Shown here: one piece after another, positions 1-10,627 of the stretch
Position numbering within the stretch: position 1 is the stretch's first letter
Layout of the letters: each line of letters begins with the position of its first letter
Assembly (NCBI GenBank): GCA_002792995.1
Contig: PFPJ01000064.1
Location: forward strand, 1 to 36,437
DNA: 36,437 bases
Direction: 5' to 3'
Source of the DNA: Candidatus Magasanikbacteria bacterium CG_4_10_14_0_2_um_filter_41_10
Lineage (GTDB): Bacteria; Patescibacteriota; Patescibacteriia; Magasanikbacterales; UBA922
The notes under the pieces: generated by a model
Databases searched by the model: none
Seen by the model: only the letters and a program-made list of their open reading frames with translations
Told to the model about the DNA's origin: nothing
Made by a program: the position numbers and the translations under genes

Positions 1-1
1 A

Positions 2-880
2 ATTTTTTTGACAGGTGGAAATGGTTTCATTGGTAGAAATATCATTGAGCAACTTGGTGGCACCTATACAATATATGCACCCTCACGAAGTGAGCTGGAT
101 TTGTTGGATAGTAATGCCGTATATACATATTTGCAGAAATATCCTGTAGATATTGTTATTCATGCAGCAAATATTGGTGGAAAGCGAAATAGTACTGATA
201 CCGGTGATTGGGAAGAAAAAAATATGGCTATGTTCCAACATATCATAGCAGCAAAAGAATTTTTTTCACGTATGATCATGTTGGGATCGGGGGCAGAATA
301 TGACAAGAGTAAAGCAATATCTTTGGTTTCTGAAGAAGATTTTGGCACTTCAGTCCCAAAAGATGGATATGGAAAATGTAAATGGGACATATCAAATTTT
401 GCCGAACAGGTTGATTACATTACACATTTGCGCCTTTTTGCTATGTTTGGCCCGTATGAAGATTATAGAGTCCGATGTATATCAAATAATATCTGTAGAG
501 CGATATATAATATCCCATTACGCGTAAACCAAAATGTTTATTTTGATTACACGTATATAGATGATTTGGTTCGTATCATTGATTGGTTTCTACAGCAGGA
601 GACTGTGTTGTATAAACACTATAACATTTGTTCTAATCGACAGGTTGATTTGGTATCTCTTGCTCAGCTTATTCAAAAATTTTCTAAAAATGAAGTGGAA
701 ATTCAAGTGGCTAAACCAGGATTTGGAAATGAGTATACTGGAAACAATGATAGGTTACTTGCTGAGTTGGGTGATTTTCAGTTTACACCAATTGAAGAAG
801 CTATTCGATTATTGTATACATGGTATGAACAACGAAAGCCCACTATAGACAAGGAATCTTTGTTTTTTGATGGAAGATAA
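2..880 (+). CDS. NAD-dependent epimerase/dehydratase (extended SDR), 5'-truncated by the window edge
   Basis: Frame is open from position 2 (IFLTGGNGFIG, Rossmann GxxGxxG motif). YxxxK motif is YGKCK. Lies directly upstream of rfbH. Confidence 0.85.
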   Translation: MFLTGGNGFIGRNIIEQLGGTYTIYAPSRSELDLLDSNAVYTYLQKYPVDIVIHAANIGGKRNSTDTGDWEEKNMAMFQHIIAAKEFFSRMIMLGSGAEYDKSKAISLVSEEDFGTSVPKDGYGKCKWDISNFAEQVDYITHLRLFAMFGPYEDYRVRCISNNICRAIYNIPLRVNQNVYFDYTYIDDLVRIIDWFLQQETVLYKHYNICSNRQVDLVSLAQLIQKFSKNEVEIQVAKPGFGNEYTGNNDRLLAELGDFQFTPIEEAIRLLYTWYEQRKPTIDKESLFFDGR

Positions 881-955
881 AAGGTTTTTTTTGGGATAGT
901 ACAGGGTTGAAATTTATAGTATATATTGATAACATAGATTCATAAAAATTTTAAT

Positions 956-2254
956 ATGGATGATACATTAGTAGAAGCAGTTATTGCTACATATAGAGAA
1001 AAATTTCCGTCACGAACGTTTACCCCGGGTGAGTCTTTTGTACCTGTTTCCGGAAAAATATTTGATGAACACGAGATGCTCAATATGGTCGAAGCGGTGA
1101 TGGATGGGTGGTGGACTGGAGGGCGTTTTTCAGATCTATTTGAGCGCCGTCTTGCAAAATGGGTGGGCGTAAAATATGCAGCACTGGTAAATTCCGGTTC
1201 CTCTGCAAATCTGGTTGCTTTTTCAGCTCTCACGTCAATGAAGTTGGGAGAAAAGCGTCTGAAGCCTGGTGATGAGGTTATCAGTGTCGCTGCAGGATTT
1301 CCAACAACGGTGAATCCCATCGTCCAACATGGACTGATTCCAGTCTTTGTCGATGTAGAACTCGGCACATACAATGTATCGATTGAACACATTAAAAAAG
1401 CAATCACTCCAAAGACTCGCGCGATCTTTCTAGCGCATACCCTTGGGAATCCATACGATCTGGACGAGATCGTTGCACTTTGTGAAGAACATGATCTGTG
1501 GTTTATAGAGGACAATTGTGATGGCCTTGGTTCACAATACAATGGCAAAAAAACAGGAACATTCGGTCATGTCGCAACCTGTAGTTTTTATCCAGCGCAC
1601 CACATCACTATGGGAGAGGGAGGAGCTGTGTTTACCAATAATCCACGATTATTCAAAATTATCGAGTCCATCCGTGATTGGGGGAGAGATTGTTGGTGTG
1701 ATACCGGGAAGGATGATACCTGTGGAAAGCGTTTTTGTTGGCAACTTGGTGATTTGCCGTTTGGATATGACCACAAATATACCTACTCTGAGCTTGGGTA
1801 TAATTTGAAAGTTACTGATATGCAAGCTGCGCTTGGGTTGGCACAACTGGAAAAGCTTGATGGTTTCGTAGAAAAACGAAAAGAAAATTTTGCGTATTTG
1901 TACGAACATCTAAAGAAATTTGAGAAGTACTTTATTCTTCCACAATGGTCAGAAAAGGCAGAACCAAGTTGGTTTGGATTTCTCCTCAGTGTAAAAGAGG
2001 ATGCTGGATTTACTCGTACAGATATTATTCAGTTTTTGAATCAGAAAAAGATTGGAACTCGATTACTCTTTGCTGGAAATATTACCAAACAGCCGTATTT
2101 TGTTGAACGACAGATACCTTTCCGTGTAGAAGGAACACTGGATAATACCGACTTTATTATGAATAATACGTTTTGGATTGGGGTATATCCAGGTATCACA
2201 GAGGACATGTTGGAGTATGTCGTAAAAAATATACAAGAGTTTATAAATAAATAA
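956..2254 (+). CDS. rfbH: CDP-4-keto-6-deoxy-D-glucose 3-dehydratase (E1, RfbH/DdhC)
   Basis: DegT/DnrJ fold with His in place of the Schiff-base Lys (SFYPAHHITMGEGG). Has the Cys-rich [2Fe-2S] segment CWCDTGKDDTCGKRF and the YDHKY motif. Confidence 0.93.
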   Translation: MDDTLVEAVIATYREKFPSRTFTPGESFVPVSGKIFDEHEMLNMVEAVMDGWWTGGRFSDLFERRLAKWVGVKYAALVNSGSSANLVAFSALTSMKLGEKRLKPGDEVISVAAGFPTTVNPIVQHGLIPVFVDVELGTYNVSIEHIKKAITPKTRAIFLAHTLGNPYDLDEIVALCEEHDLWFIEDNCDGLGSQYNGKKTGTFGHVATCSFYPAHHITMGEGGAVFTNNPRLFKIIESIRDWGRDCWCDTGKDDTCGKRFCWQLGDLPFGYDHKYTYSELGYNLKVTDMQAALGLAQLEKLDGFVEKRKENFAYLYEHLKKFEKYFILPQWSEKAEPSWFGFLLSVKEDAGFTRTDIIQFLNQKKIGTRLLFAGNITKQPYFVERQIPFRVEGTLDNTDFIMNNTFWIGVYPGITEDMLEYVVKNIQEFINK

Positions 2255-2284
2255 CGTCCTAGTTATTTATTGCAAGTATTTATT

Positions 2285-3196
2285 GTGATTGTGTCAATTT
2301 CAAATAATAAGACAATACTGTTAACAGGTGCAACAGGGTACCTTGGTGGAAATGTCTTAAAAGAATTAGTTCATAATACGACCTATAAGATTATTATTTT
2401 AAAAAGATCTTTTTCAGATACAAAAAGAATAATTGATTGTTTGGGTACTGTAACGTATTACAATCTAGACGAAGTATCGCTAGAAGAGATTTTTTTGGAA
2501 AATAACATTGATATAATTTTGCACTGCGCAACGGACTATGGACGAAAAAGTGTAGATCCTATGCAAGTTATTGAGGCCAATCTCATCTTACCTGTAAAAT
2601 TGTTAGAACTTGGAAAGAATCATGGTATAACATGCTTTATTAATACAGATACTATTTTGGATAAGAGAATAAACCATTATTCACTTTCCAAAAAACAATT
2701 TAAAGACTGGCTTTTTTCGTATAGAGAGAGTATTGCTTGCGTGAATGTTACATTAGAACATTTTTATGGTCCTTTTGATGACAAGACTAAATTTGTCTCT
2801 TACATCGTGAATAGTCTTCTGGAAGATGTGGAAAAAATTGATCTTACCAAAGGAGAACAAAAAAGAGACTTCGTTTTTATTGAGGATGTCGTGAATGCCT
2901 TTTCAAAAATAATTGATTCCTCAGCACATTTAAAAAAAGGTTTTTTTGAGTTTGAAATTGGGAGCGACAGCATGGTGACCATTAAAGAACTTGTTTTGAT
3001 GATTGCTGAAATTATGAAAAATACAAAAACAGCATTACATTTTGGTGCATTGCCATACAGAGAAAATGAAGTGATGGAAGGTTTGGCAGATGTTACTGCA
3101 ATTAAAAAATTGGGATGGTCGGCGCAGTATTCATTGTATGATGGATTAAAAAAAATGATTGATCAGGAATTACAAGAGTATAATAAAAATATATGA
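2285..3196 (+). CDS. CDP-3,6-dideoxyhexose 4-reductase, probably CDP-paratose synthase (RfbS/Prt-like)
   Basis: Motifs [19 protein letters not shown] and LEHFYGP. Located between rfbH and rfbE. Start is uncertain (GTG at 2285 or 2291, TTG at 2270). Confidence 0.75.
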   Translation: MIVSISNNKTILLTGATGYLGGNVLKELVHNTTYKIIILKRSFSDTKRIIDCLGTVTYYNLDEVSLEEIFLENNIDIILHCATDYGRKSVDPMQVIEANLILPVKLLELGKNHGITCFINTDTILDKRINHYSLSKKQFKDWLFSYRESIACVNVTLEHFYGPFDDKTKFVSYIVNSLLEDVEKIDLTKGEQKRDFVFIEDVVNAFSKIIDSSAHLKKGFFEFEIGSDSMVTIKELVLMIAEIMKNTKTALHFGALPYRENEVMEGLADVTAIKKLGWSAQYSLYDGLKKMIDQELQEYNKNI

Positions 3197-4215
3197 AATA
3201 CCTTATAACGGGTGGTTGTGGTTTTTTGGGTTCAAATCTTGCTGAAGAAGTATTGCAGAGAGGAGATGAGCTTGTCATTTTTGATAATTTATCAAGATAT
3301 GGTTCGAAAAAAAATCTTCTTTGGTTAAAAAGTATTGGTGACTTTACATTTATTCATGGTGATATACGGAATGCGAATGATGTGGATGTGTTGATTTCAC
3401 ACGAGATGCCGGATGTTATTTTTCATCTTGCTGGCCAAGTCGCCATGACCACATCTATCCAAAACCCTCGGAAAGATTTTGAAATAAATGCACTGGGGAC
3501 ATTTAATCTTCTTGACGCTGTAAGAAAATATTCTGCTCACTCAGCGGTTATCTATTCATCCACAAATAAAGTATATGGAGATTTGGAATGGCTTACCTAT
3601 GAAGAAAAAGAGGAACGATACGAAATAACAGAATATCCAAATGGTCTGCCAGAATCGATTCCGCTATCATTTTCATCGCCGTATGGCTGTTCAAAAGGGT
3701 CGGCTGATCAGTATATGATTGATTTCCATCGTATATTTGATTTGAAGACTGTGGTGTTTAGACATTCCTCGATGTATGGTGGTAGGCAATTTTCTACAAC
3801 AGATCAAGGATGGATTGGGTGGTTTTGTGAGCAGGCTCTCAAAACAGCAAATCATGGTATAAGAGAACCGTTTACTATTTCAGGGAATGGAAAACAAGTC
3901 CGAGATGTTCTTCATGCAAAAGACATGGTTGATGTATATTTTTTGGCTGCAGCAAACGTGGATACGATACAGGGAGAAGTATTTAACATTGGAGGCGGCA
4001 TTACCAATAGTTTGTCTTTATTGGAACTTTTTCATATATTGGAGAACAAATTGAATATAACGTTAGAGTACAAAAATTTGCCTCCGAGAGCGTGTGATCA
4101 AAAGGTCTTTGTTGCTGACATACAAAAAGCAAAAGAATTGATAGGTTGGAATCCAAAAATTGATACAATCTCAGGCATTAGCATGATGTTAGAGTGGACA
4201 CAACATATAATATAG
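3193..4215 (+). CDS. rfbE: CDP-paratose 2-epimerase (CDP-tyvelose epimerase)
   Basis: Segments [57 protein letters not shown] and [12 protein letters not shown] closely match Salmonella RfbE/Tyv as I recall it. Confidence 0.9.
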   Translation: MKYLITGGCGFLGSNLAEEVLQRGDELVIFDNLSRYGSKKNLLWLKSIGDFTFIHGDIRNANDVDVLISHEMPDVIFHLAGQVAMTTSIQNPRKDFEINALGTFNLLDAVRKYSAHSAVIYSSTNKVYGDLEWLTYEEKEERYEITEYPNGLPESIPLSFSSPYGCSKGSADQYMIDFHRIFDLKTVVFRHSSMYGGRQFSTTDQGWIGWFCEQALKTANHGIREPFTISGNGKQVRDVLHAKDMVDVYFLAAANVDTIQGEVFNIGGGITNSLSLLELFHILENKLNITLEYKNLPPRACDQKVFVADIQKAKELIGWNPKIDTISGISMMLEWTQHII

Positions 4216-4219
4216 TTTT

Positions 4220-4912
4220 ATGGAAAAAAAAGAATTAAGTATTATTATTCCATCATATTTGGAAGAGGAAAATTTGAATATTATTCTTCCTCGAATTAAT
4301 CATGTTTTACAGGAGATAGGTAATAGTGAAGTATTAGTGATTGATACCGAAGAAGCAATGGATAACACCAAAAAAATATGTGAGGAGAATGCTGTGAGAT
4401 ATATAAACAGAATTGGCGGAAATACCTATGGAGATGCAATACGAACAGGGATAGAACAATCAAATAGCGTATACACCATTTTCATGGATGCTGATGGCTC
4501 CCATGACCCTGAATTTATCAAAAATTTGTATGAAAACAAAGCGGAACAAGATGTAGTGATCGCATCTCGGTATATTGAGGGTGGAGATACTGATAATAGC
4601 AAAATGCTTATTTTGATGAGTTTGATAGTAAATTCGTTGTATGCCTTTGTTCTCAATATTAAGTGTAAAGATATTTCTAACAGCTTTAAGTTATACCATA
4701 CGGTTGATTTAAAAGATTTGAAGCTTTATTGTAATAATTTTGATATTGTTGAAGAAATCCTGTTTAAACTAAAAAAGAAAAAAAAGGAGTTGCATATTAA
4801 AGAATTACCCTTTCTTTTCAAAAAAAGAATGTTTGGTACAACAAAAAGAAATTTATTTTTGTTTATTTTGACATATTTTATTACAATTATTAAATTGCGC
4901 TTTGGGAAATAA
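4220..4912 (+). CDS. GT2 glycosyltransferase, DPM1-like polyprenol-phosphate sugar synthase
   Basis: Motifs IIIPSYLEEENL, FMDADGSHDP, VIASRYIEGG, DISNSFKLY and a C-terminal R.FG.TK. Length of 230 aa fits the family. Confidence 0.8.
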   Translation: MEKKELSIIIPSYLEEENLNIILPRINHVLQEIGNSEVLVIDTEEAMDNTKKICEENAVRYINRIGGNTYGDAIRTGIEQSNSVYTIFMDADGSHDPEFIKNLYENKAEQDVVIASRYIEGGDTDNSKMLILMSLIVNSLYAFVLNIKCKDISNSFKLYHTVDLKDLKLYCNNFDIVEEILFKLKKKKKELHIKELPFLFKKRMFGTTKRNLFLFILTYFITIIKLRFGK

Positions 4913-4920
4913 TCTGTATT

Positions 4921-7677
4921 ATGAAGAATATATTCTTGTACCTAGATATAGCTATTCAAGATACCGTGCTGTTTATCAAAAATAATCTATTGGCGGTTAT
5001 CGTATCCGCGCTCTTTTTATTTGGAGTGATTTGGATGGGGTCTGTCATTTCTGTGGTTACGAGTCGTGATATTCTTGATCCATTGACGGTTCAGATAGAT
5101 GGAATAGGAGATGACTCGCTGTCATCGGTGAAGGTCTTGTCGATACTTTCTCGTGCAGGGAATACAGTATATTTAGCGTCTCTTCCAGGACATGCAAATG
5201 AATGGTATAACCCTGGTAAGACATTTATTAGTAAGATATTAGTTGGCTTCAAAACAGAACATTTGGAACAACATTTTATGGTGACTGTGAGTCTTGGCGA
5301 TACGCATTTCACTTATACAAAAGAACAGTTTTTGGATCAGTGGAAGAAGGTAGATGCCAAGAATGATGCATCATTCTTGTATAGTTCAGAAGGTAGTTCT
5401 GAGTATGTCTTGTATGAAGCCCCTGGAAATGTACAGTCGCATCCATTGCATGTTTCATTTGCTCCGCACATCTTTTCTAGTATCAATTTCAATGCGAGCG
5501 AAAAATTGATACAAAAGCCACTCTTTCAGAGCATAAAAATATTTTTCTTAACTGAGATCATGGTGTTATTGATTTTTGTGTTGTTGAACACATATAGAAA
5601 AATAAATCACATTGCATTTGATAAGAGAGAGACGCTGGTGTACCGAAGACGGTATCTTCTTTTTGTATTAAGTGTTGTATCTACTTTTGTTCTTATCGGT
5701 ATATTTGACATCTTGGTAAGGATTTTTTACAAACCTGATACATTACACGTTTTCATGGATGCCTCAAAAATATATTTAAACAGTACATTACCGGCTTTTT
5801 TGCCAAAACCAGTTGAAAGAGTGCAGTTTATGTATAGCATTATGTTCAGTCCATTTTTATTACTATTTTCGTTTGGTTTTTGGAAACGATATATCGTTCA
5901 TGCCACAAAAGAAAAAATTGAGCGTCTTTATCAATTTTTGATGATTGCACTTCCTCATATCGTATTTGCCATAGTCTATATTGGACTTGCCGTGAGCAAT
6001 TTTTTGTATGTCAGCACCAGCTTTTCATTTCATGGGATAGGGAAGTATCTATATGCGTTACTGCTGTTTCCCTTGGGTGTATATGGTATGTTGTTTATGA
6101 AAAAAAAATATAGTACAAGATATATATCATATGCACTTTATATTTTTTATGGCATATGTTTATCTAGTATACTGCTTATAAATGTATTTCCATATAATAT
6201 TTTTACTGAATTGAACGATGCATTTCATCTTGACCCTGTGTTTTATCCGATGTCACAGGTCATGATGGGAAAGACTATGTTAGTAAATCTCGGTGGTTTG
6301 TATGGGTTATATCCAGTATTTTTGCAACCCATTTTTCAGTTGGCGGGCTTGAGTGTGTTATCGTTTACATCAGTTATGGCGTTTTTGCTTGTGTTGAGTT
6401 ATGTTGTTATGTTTTTATTTCTAAAACGAGAAGTAAAACATCCCTTCATTGTATGTATTGGTTTTGCAACTATTTTGTTTTATTATTTGGAAAATGGAAA
6501 TAATGCCATTTCATACTTTCAATATTGGCCAATACGTATACTTTTTCCTAGTCTGGCACTATTACTTATTTCTGTATATGTAAAACACAAAAAGAGAGTA
6601 TGGTACTATCTCATTTTTGCAATGAGCGGACTTTCTATTTTGTGGAATTTAGATTCTGGAATCATTATCTTTCTCTCATGGATGATTACATTGGTATATA
6701 GTGAATTTCTTACAATTCAAAAGAATAGATCTTCGGTGTTGCGTATATTTCGTCATATTGTAGTTGGGTGTCTTACTGTTGGATTAACTTTTTTGATGTA
6801 TAGCGTGTATGCATATCTGCGAAGTGGTTCTTTTGCTGATATGACAATGTTGTGGCAGTATCAAAAATTATTTTTTGCTGGCTACTTTATGATACCAATG
6901 CCATTCCCTCATGTATGGATAGTCGCAGCATTAATATTTCTTGTTGGCCTCCTACTGGCGGTAAAAGGGTGGCTGAATAAGGAAGAACGATCTAATCCTG
7001 ACATGAGAGCAAAAAATATTGTTATCTTTTTTCTTACTGTTATGGGACTTGGTTTGTTTACCTACTATGAAGGAAGATCACATGATTTGACATTTTATGG
7101 GCCAATGTTCACTGTCATATTATTATTGACCCTTTTTGCTGATATTCTGTATCAGAACTACGTGACACATACAGAACGGTATGGCTATGGAATTTTCTTT
7201 TTGTTTATTTTCTTTTTTCTTTTTTCATCACCAATTAATTTAATTGCTAATTCTGGGAAATATTATTCTTGGGTTACGACGAGAGCGTCCACTCTATTGC
7301 AGGGTTCTCAGACAATGATGACCAGAAATGTTGATTTTATACAAAGTCATACTACGAGGGGAGAACATATCATTATTTTTTCAAAGAAGTTTTATGATGG
7401 AATATTTTATGGTGAATCTAGAACAAGATCATCAATGGATATTTCTGCTTCTACAGATATTTTTTTCAAAAGCGAAGTTGAATATCTGATGCATTTTTTG
7501 AAATGCAATACAAATGATAAAGTTTTTGTATACCCTTCTTCTGACTATGCGTATTATGATGATTACGTAGATGATATACTACGTAATGAGTATAGTGTCG
7601 TTGACAAAAGTACTGATGATATGGTTTTTCTGATGAAAAATGTAAGTAGCACTGTAAGTGAAGGTTGTATTGATTAA
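4921..7677 (+). CDS. Large polytopic membrane protein, putative GT-C-fold glycosyltransferase
   Basis: 918 aa. N-terminal TM, a ~160-aa soluble domain, then more than 12 hydrophobic helices and a soluble C-terminal domain. Loop motifs include DAFHLDPVFYP..GK..YG, WNLDSG and EGRSH. Adjacent to a DPM1-like GT2. Function is inferred. Confidence 0.55.
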   Translation: MKNIFLYLDIAIQDTVLFIKNNLLAVIVSALFLFGVIWMGSVISVVTSRDILDPLTVQIDGIGDDSLSSVKVLSILSRAGNTVYLASLPGHANEWYNPGKTFISKILVGFKTEHLEQHFMVTVSLGDTHFTYTKEQFLDQWKKVDAKNDASFLYSSEGSSEYVLYEAPGNVQSHPLHVSFAPHIFSSINFNASEKLIQKPLFQSIKIFFLTEIMVLLIFVLLNTYRKINHIAFDKRETLVYRRRYLLFVLSVVSTFVLIGIFDILVRIFYKPDTLHVFMDASKIYLNSTLPAFLPKPVERVQFMYSIMFSPFLLLFSFGFWKRYIVHATKEKIERLYQFLMIALPHIVFAIVYIGLAVSNFLYVSTSFSFHGIGKYLYALLLFPLGVYGMLFMKKKYSTRYISYALYIFYGICLSSILLINVFPYNIFTELNDAFHLDPVFYPMSQVMMGKTMLVNLGGLYGLYPVFLQPIFQLAGLSVLSFTSVMAFLLVLSYVVMFLFLKREVKHPFIVCIGFATILFYYLENGNNAISYFQYWPIRILFPSLALLLISVYVKHKKRVWYYLIFAMSGLSILWNLDSGIIIFLSWMITLVYSEFLTIQKNRSSVLRIFRHIVVGCLTVGLTFLMYSVYAYLRSGSFADMTMLWQYQKLFFAGYFMIPMPFPHVWIVAALIFLVGLLLAVKGWLNKEERSNPDMRAKNIVIFFLTVMGLGLFTYYEGRSHDLTFYGPMFTVILLLTLFADILYQNYVTHTERYGYGIFFLFIFFFLFSSPINLIANSGKYYSWVTTRASTLLQGSQTMMTRNVDFIQSHTTRGEHIIIFSKKFYDGIFYGESRTRSSMDISASTDIFFKSEVEYLMHFLKCNTNDKVFVYPSSDYAYYDDYVDDILRNEYSVVDKSTDDMVFLMKNVSSTVSEGCID

Positions 7678-7727
7678 GGAAGAGAGGGTGTGGTAGCCTA
7701 CTATATACAAATGTAAATTGAAAACAT

Positions 7728-8786
7728 ATGATTGATCCTAAACATATACATGAAAAAGATTTTGAATTTATTGTAAACCAACCGTTACCTTGGAAAAATC
7801 TGGAAGGAAAGGTCGTTTTGGTTACTGGTGCGAGTGGTATGATCGCATCGCGTATGGTCGAAGTACTTTTGTATTTAAATAAAAAAGTGTTTACAAAAAA
7901 GAGTACTATCTATGCCGTTGTACGAGATAAGGGCAAGGCTCTTCAGCGATTTGATCAGTATGTCAATGATGAACATCTCAACATAATTGTTGGAGATGTG
8001 AGTCAGCCTCTTTCATTTGATAAAAAAGTGGATGTGATTATCCATGCAGCCAGTCAAGCGAGCCCAATTTATTTTGGTAAAGATCCTGTTGGAACGCTCT
8101 TGCCAAATGTAGTGGGGACATATCATTTACTTGAGTTGGCACGGCGTGATTCTGTAGATAGTTTTTTATTTATTAGCTCTGGCGAAGTATATGGTGAAGT
8201 GACAGATGAACAAGTACCCATCAAAGAAACGACGTTTGGATACATAGATATAAATAATTTGAGGGCTTGTTATTCTGAAAGTAAAAGAATGGGGGAAACG
8301 ATGTGTGTGAGTTGGTTTCATCAGTTTGGTGTCCCTGTGAAGATTGTAAGACCTTTCCATATTTATGGATACGGACTAAAACCTCATGATGGAAGAGTAT
8401 TCGGAGATTTTATTTTTGATATTGTGAATAGGCGAGATATTGTTATGAAAAGTGATGGTCAAGTAAAACGATCGTTTTGTTATTTGGCGGATGCTGTAGC
8501 AGGTTTTTTTACCGTATTACTGAAAGGAGAACTATGTTCTGTCTACAATGTTGGCAATGATACCACGGTGATAACAATAATTGATCTAGCGAATAGGTTG
8601 GTTACCCTGTTTCCAGAGCGTGATCTCAAGGTTATAAAGAAAGAAAGAATTTTGTCCAAAGGATATCTACAAAGTAGTGTAATTAGTACATATCCTGATA
8701 TTACAAAAATTAAACAATTGGGATGGAAGCCTGTTTTTTCTATTGAAGAAGGATTTACACGGGCCATAGAAAGTATAGAATCATAA
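7728..8786 (+). CDS. NAD-dependent epimerase/dehydratase (UDP-glucuronate decarboxylase-like SDR)
   Basis: Motifs TGASGMIA, HAASQASP, SSGEVYG, CYSESKR and DGRVFGDF. Confidence 0.8.
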   Translation: MIDPKHIHEKDFEFIVNQPLPWKNLEGKVVLVTGASGMIASRMVEVLLYLNKKVFTKKSTIYAVVRDKGKALQRFDQYVNDEHLNIIVGDVSQPLSFDKKVDVIIHAASQASPIYFGKDPVGTLLPNVVGTYHLLELARRDSVDSFLFISSGEVYGEVTDEQVPIKETTFGYIDINNLRACYSESKRMGETMCVSWFHQFGVPVKIVRPFHIYGYGLKPHDGRVFGDFIFDIVNRRDIVMKSDGQVKRSFCYLADAVAGFFTVLLKGELCSVYNVGNDTTVITIIDLANRLVTLFPERDLKVIKKERILSKGYLQSSVISTYPDITKIKQLGWKPVFSIEEGFTRAIESIES

Positions 8787-8787
8787 T

Positions 8788-9786
8788 ATGAGTATCAACA
8801 AGCCCTTGTTAAGTATTTGTATCCCCACTTATTGTAGGGCTCCTTATTTGCAGGAATGTCTAGCTTCCCTTACGAAACAGTTTGAACAAAATTCTGCCTT
8901 GTTGAATATGGTTGAGATCGTTATTTCAGATAATGCGAGTACTGACAACACAACAGAAATTGTTTCGAATTTTCAAAAAAAATATAATAATATTAAATAC
9001 GTCCGTAATGACACAAATGTAGGCCCAGATGAAAATTATATACACTCAGTGTTAAAAGCAAATGGGACGTATGGTTGGCTTATGGGTGACGATGATTTTA
9101 TCGTACAGGGTGGCATTTCTTTTGTGGTAGATTTTTTACAACAGAATAGAGTGTCGGTCTTTACCTTTGATTCAAAACCATTTTTACATCTGGAAGATGC
9201 TACTCAAAGGAAAAATTGTAGTATAGATACTTCAGATATTTCTTTTTTTTCTTCACACGATGAATTTTTTCAAAAAGGGTATTGCGTAGGCATATTATGT
9301 ATGACTGTCTTTGATCGTGAGTTGTGGTTGAAAACTGACAGAACACAGTACAGTCCTGGGTGGTCATACTATGAAATTGAATTACAGATGATTGCTCAGT
9401 CTTCATTAAAGATGGCACATGCCTCTTATCCTCTTGTGATTGTCAGAGAAGATTGTGCATGGGTAAAAGATGGTATGGAACTTTTTACGTTTATCAATTC
9501 TAATAATGTAACGAAAAAGATGATGACCTTTGGATATGATACGGTAACACTCTCTGAGAGTTTGTTTAAAAACAGTAAACGTATAGTCATAATTTTGCTG
9601 AGGGCAAAGGGAAATGGATTGGACTGTAACGTGAAAAATTTGAAATATATTTATTCAAATGTGAGAGAAGCTGGATTTTTTTATTTGTGTTTAACTACAT
9701 TGGTCTATGTTATTCCGAATAGTGCAATTCGGGCAGTACGAGATATTAAAAAGTTTATTTTGAATAAAAAACATTTTGTTCTATGA
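8788..9786 (+). CDS. GT2 glycosyltransferase, RfbV/WbaV (3,6-dideoxyhexosyl transferase)-like
   Basis: Motifs LLSICIPTY.R, EIVISDNASTDNT, NVGPDEN and WLMGDDD. Sits in a locus that makes CDP-3,6-dideoxyhexose. Confidence 0.7.
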   Translation: MSINKPLLSICIPTYCRAPYLQECLASLTKQFEQNSALLNMVEIVISDNASTDNTTEIVSNFQKKYNNIKYVRNDTNVGPDENYIHSVLKANGTYGWLMGDDDFIVQGGISFVVDFLQQNRVSVFTFDSKPFLHLEDATQRKNCSIDTSDISFFSSHDEFFQKGYCVGILCMTVFDRELWLKTDRTQYSPGWSYYEIELQMIAQSSLKMAHASYPLVIVREDCAWVKDGMELFTFINSNNVTKKMMTFGYDTVTLSESLFKNSKRIVIILLRAKGNGLDCNVKNLKYIYSNVREAGFFYLCLTTLVYVIPNSAIRAVRDIKKFILNKKHFVL

Positions 9787-10622
9787 AGAATAATAATATT
9801 ACTTTTGTACTGTTTACGTTGAATGAAGAAAAAAGGGTTTCGTATGCTATTCGAAACCTTATTTCTTATGGTGATGTCATGATTATGGATGCAGGAAGTA
9901 CGGATAACACAAAAAATATCGCAGAGCGTCTAGGTGCAAGATTTTTTTTGAGACCACCAAGCGACAATCTGCAGGTAGAAACACAACAAAATTTTGAATT
10001 CATTAAAAAAAATATAACGACAGATTGGGTGTATTGGGGATTTGTAGACAATTTAGTGCCAAAAAGTTTGCTTGAAAAAGTTGTGAATGTGATTCAAGAA
10101 GAAAAATATATTTACATTTTTGTGCCGCTATTTTCGTATTTGTATGGTATGACAGACGTGCCCATGTTAAAAAGTTTTAATCCAATGTTTTTCAGAAAGG
10201 ATGCCATTGATTTTACGGATAATGTAATGCACGGTATGGGGAAATTTTTGGGGAAAAAGAATCAAATTTTAAAATTACCAAGTTCTAAAAAATACGCTGT
10301 TCGTCATTTTAGTTTGTATGATGTGAATAAATTTGTGCGTAATCATTTGGGATATGCCAATGAAGAAGCTGTTGGAAAATTTGCAAGAGGAAAAAAATTT
10401 GCAGTTTGGCTTATGCTTGGTGCGATGATACGATATTTTATTCTGTATTATAAATATTCATTTAGGAATGGGGCAAAAGGTCTTATGACGGCGTTGCTCT
10501 ATGCACAATTTAGGCTGTTAGTTTATGTAAAATTGTATGAAATTGAACACAACATAAATTTAGATACTATTGAGGCATCATTTGTTGAAGCAAAGGAAAA
10601 GATTTTGAAGGAGTTTGAATAA
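9783..10622 (+). CDS. GT2 glycosyltransferase (beta-1,4-glucosyltransferase-like)
   Basis: Motifs TLNEEKR and MDAGSTDNT.NIA. The DxD position is degenerate (WGFVDN). Confidence 0.7.
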   Translation: MKNNNITFVLFTLNEEKRVSYAIRNLISYGDVMIMDAGSTDNTKNIAERLGARFFLRPPSDNLQVETQQNFEFIKKNITTDWVYWGFVDNLVPKSLLEKVVNVIQEEKYIYIFVPLFSYLYGMTDVPMLKSFNPMFFRKDAIDFTDNVMHGMGKFLGKKNQILKLPSSKKYAVRHFSLYDVNKFVRNHLGYANEEAVGKFARGKKFAVWLMLGAMIRYFILYYKYSFRNGAKGLMTALLYAQFRLLVYVKLYEIEHNINLDTIEASFVEAKEKILKEFE

Positions 10623-10627
10623 TATCT

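Noticed and set aside
4771..4786. Poly-A tracts in glycan genes (also near 6099 and 11376) as phase-variation sites
   Set aside because: Runs of up to ~9 A encoding Lys are expected in AT-rich DNA, and all the reading frames are intact.
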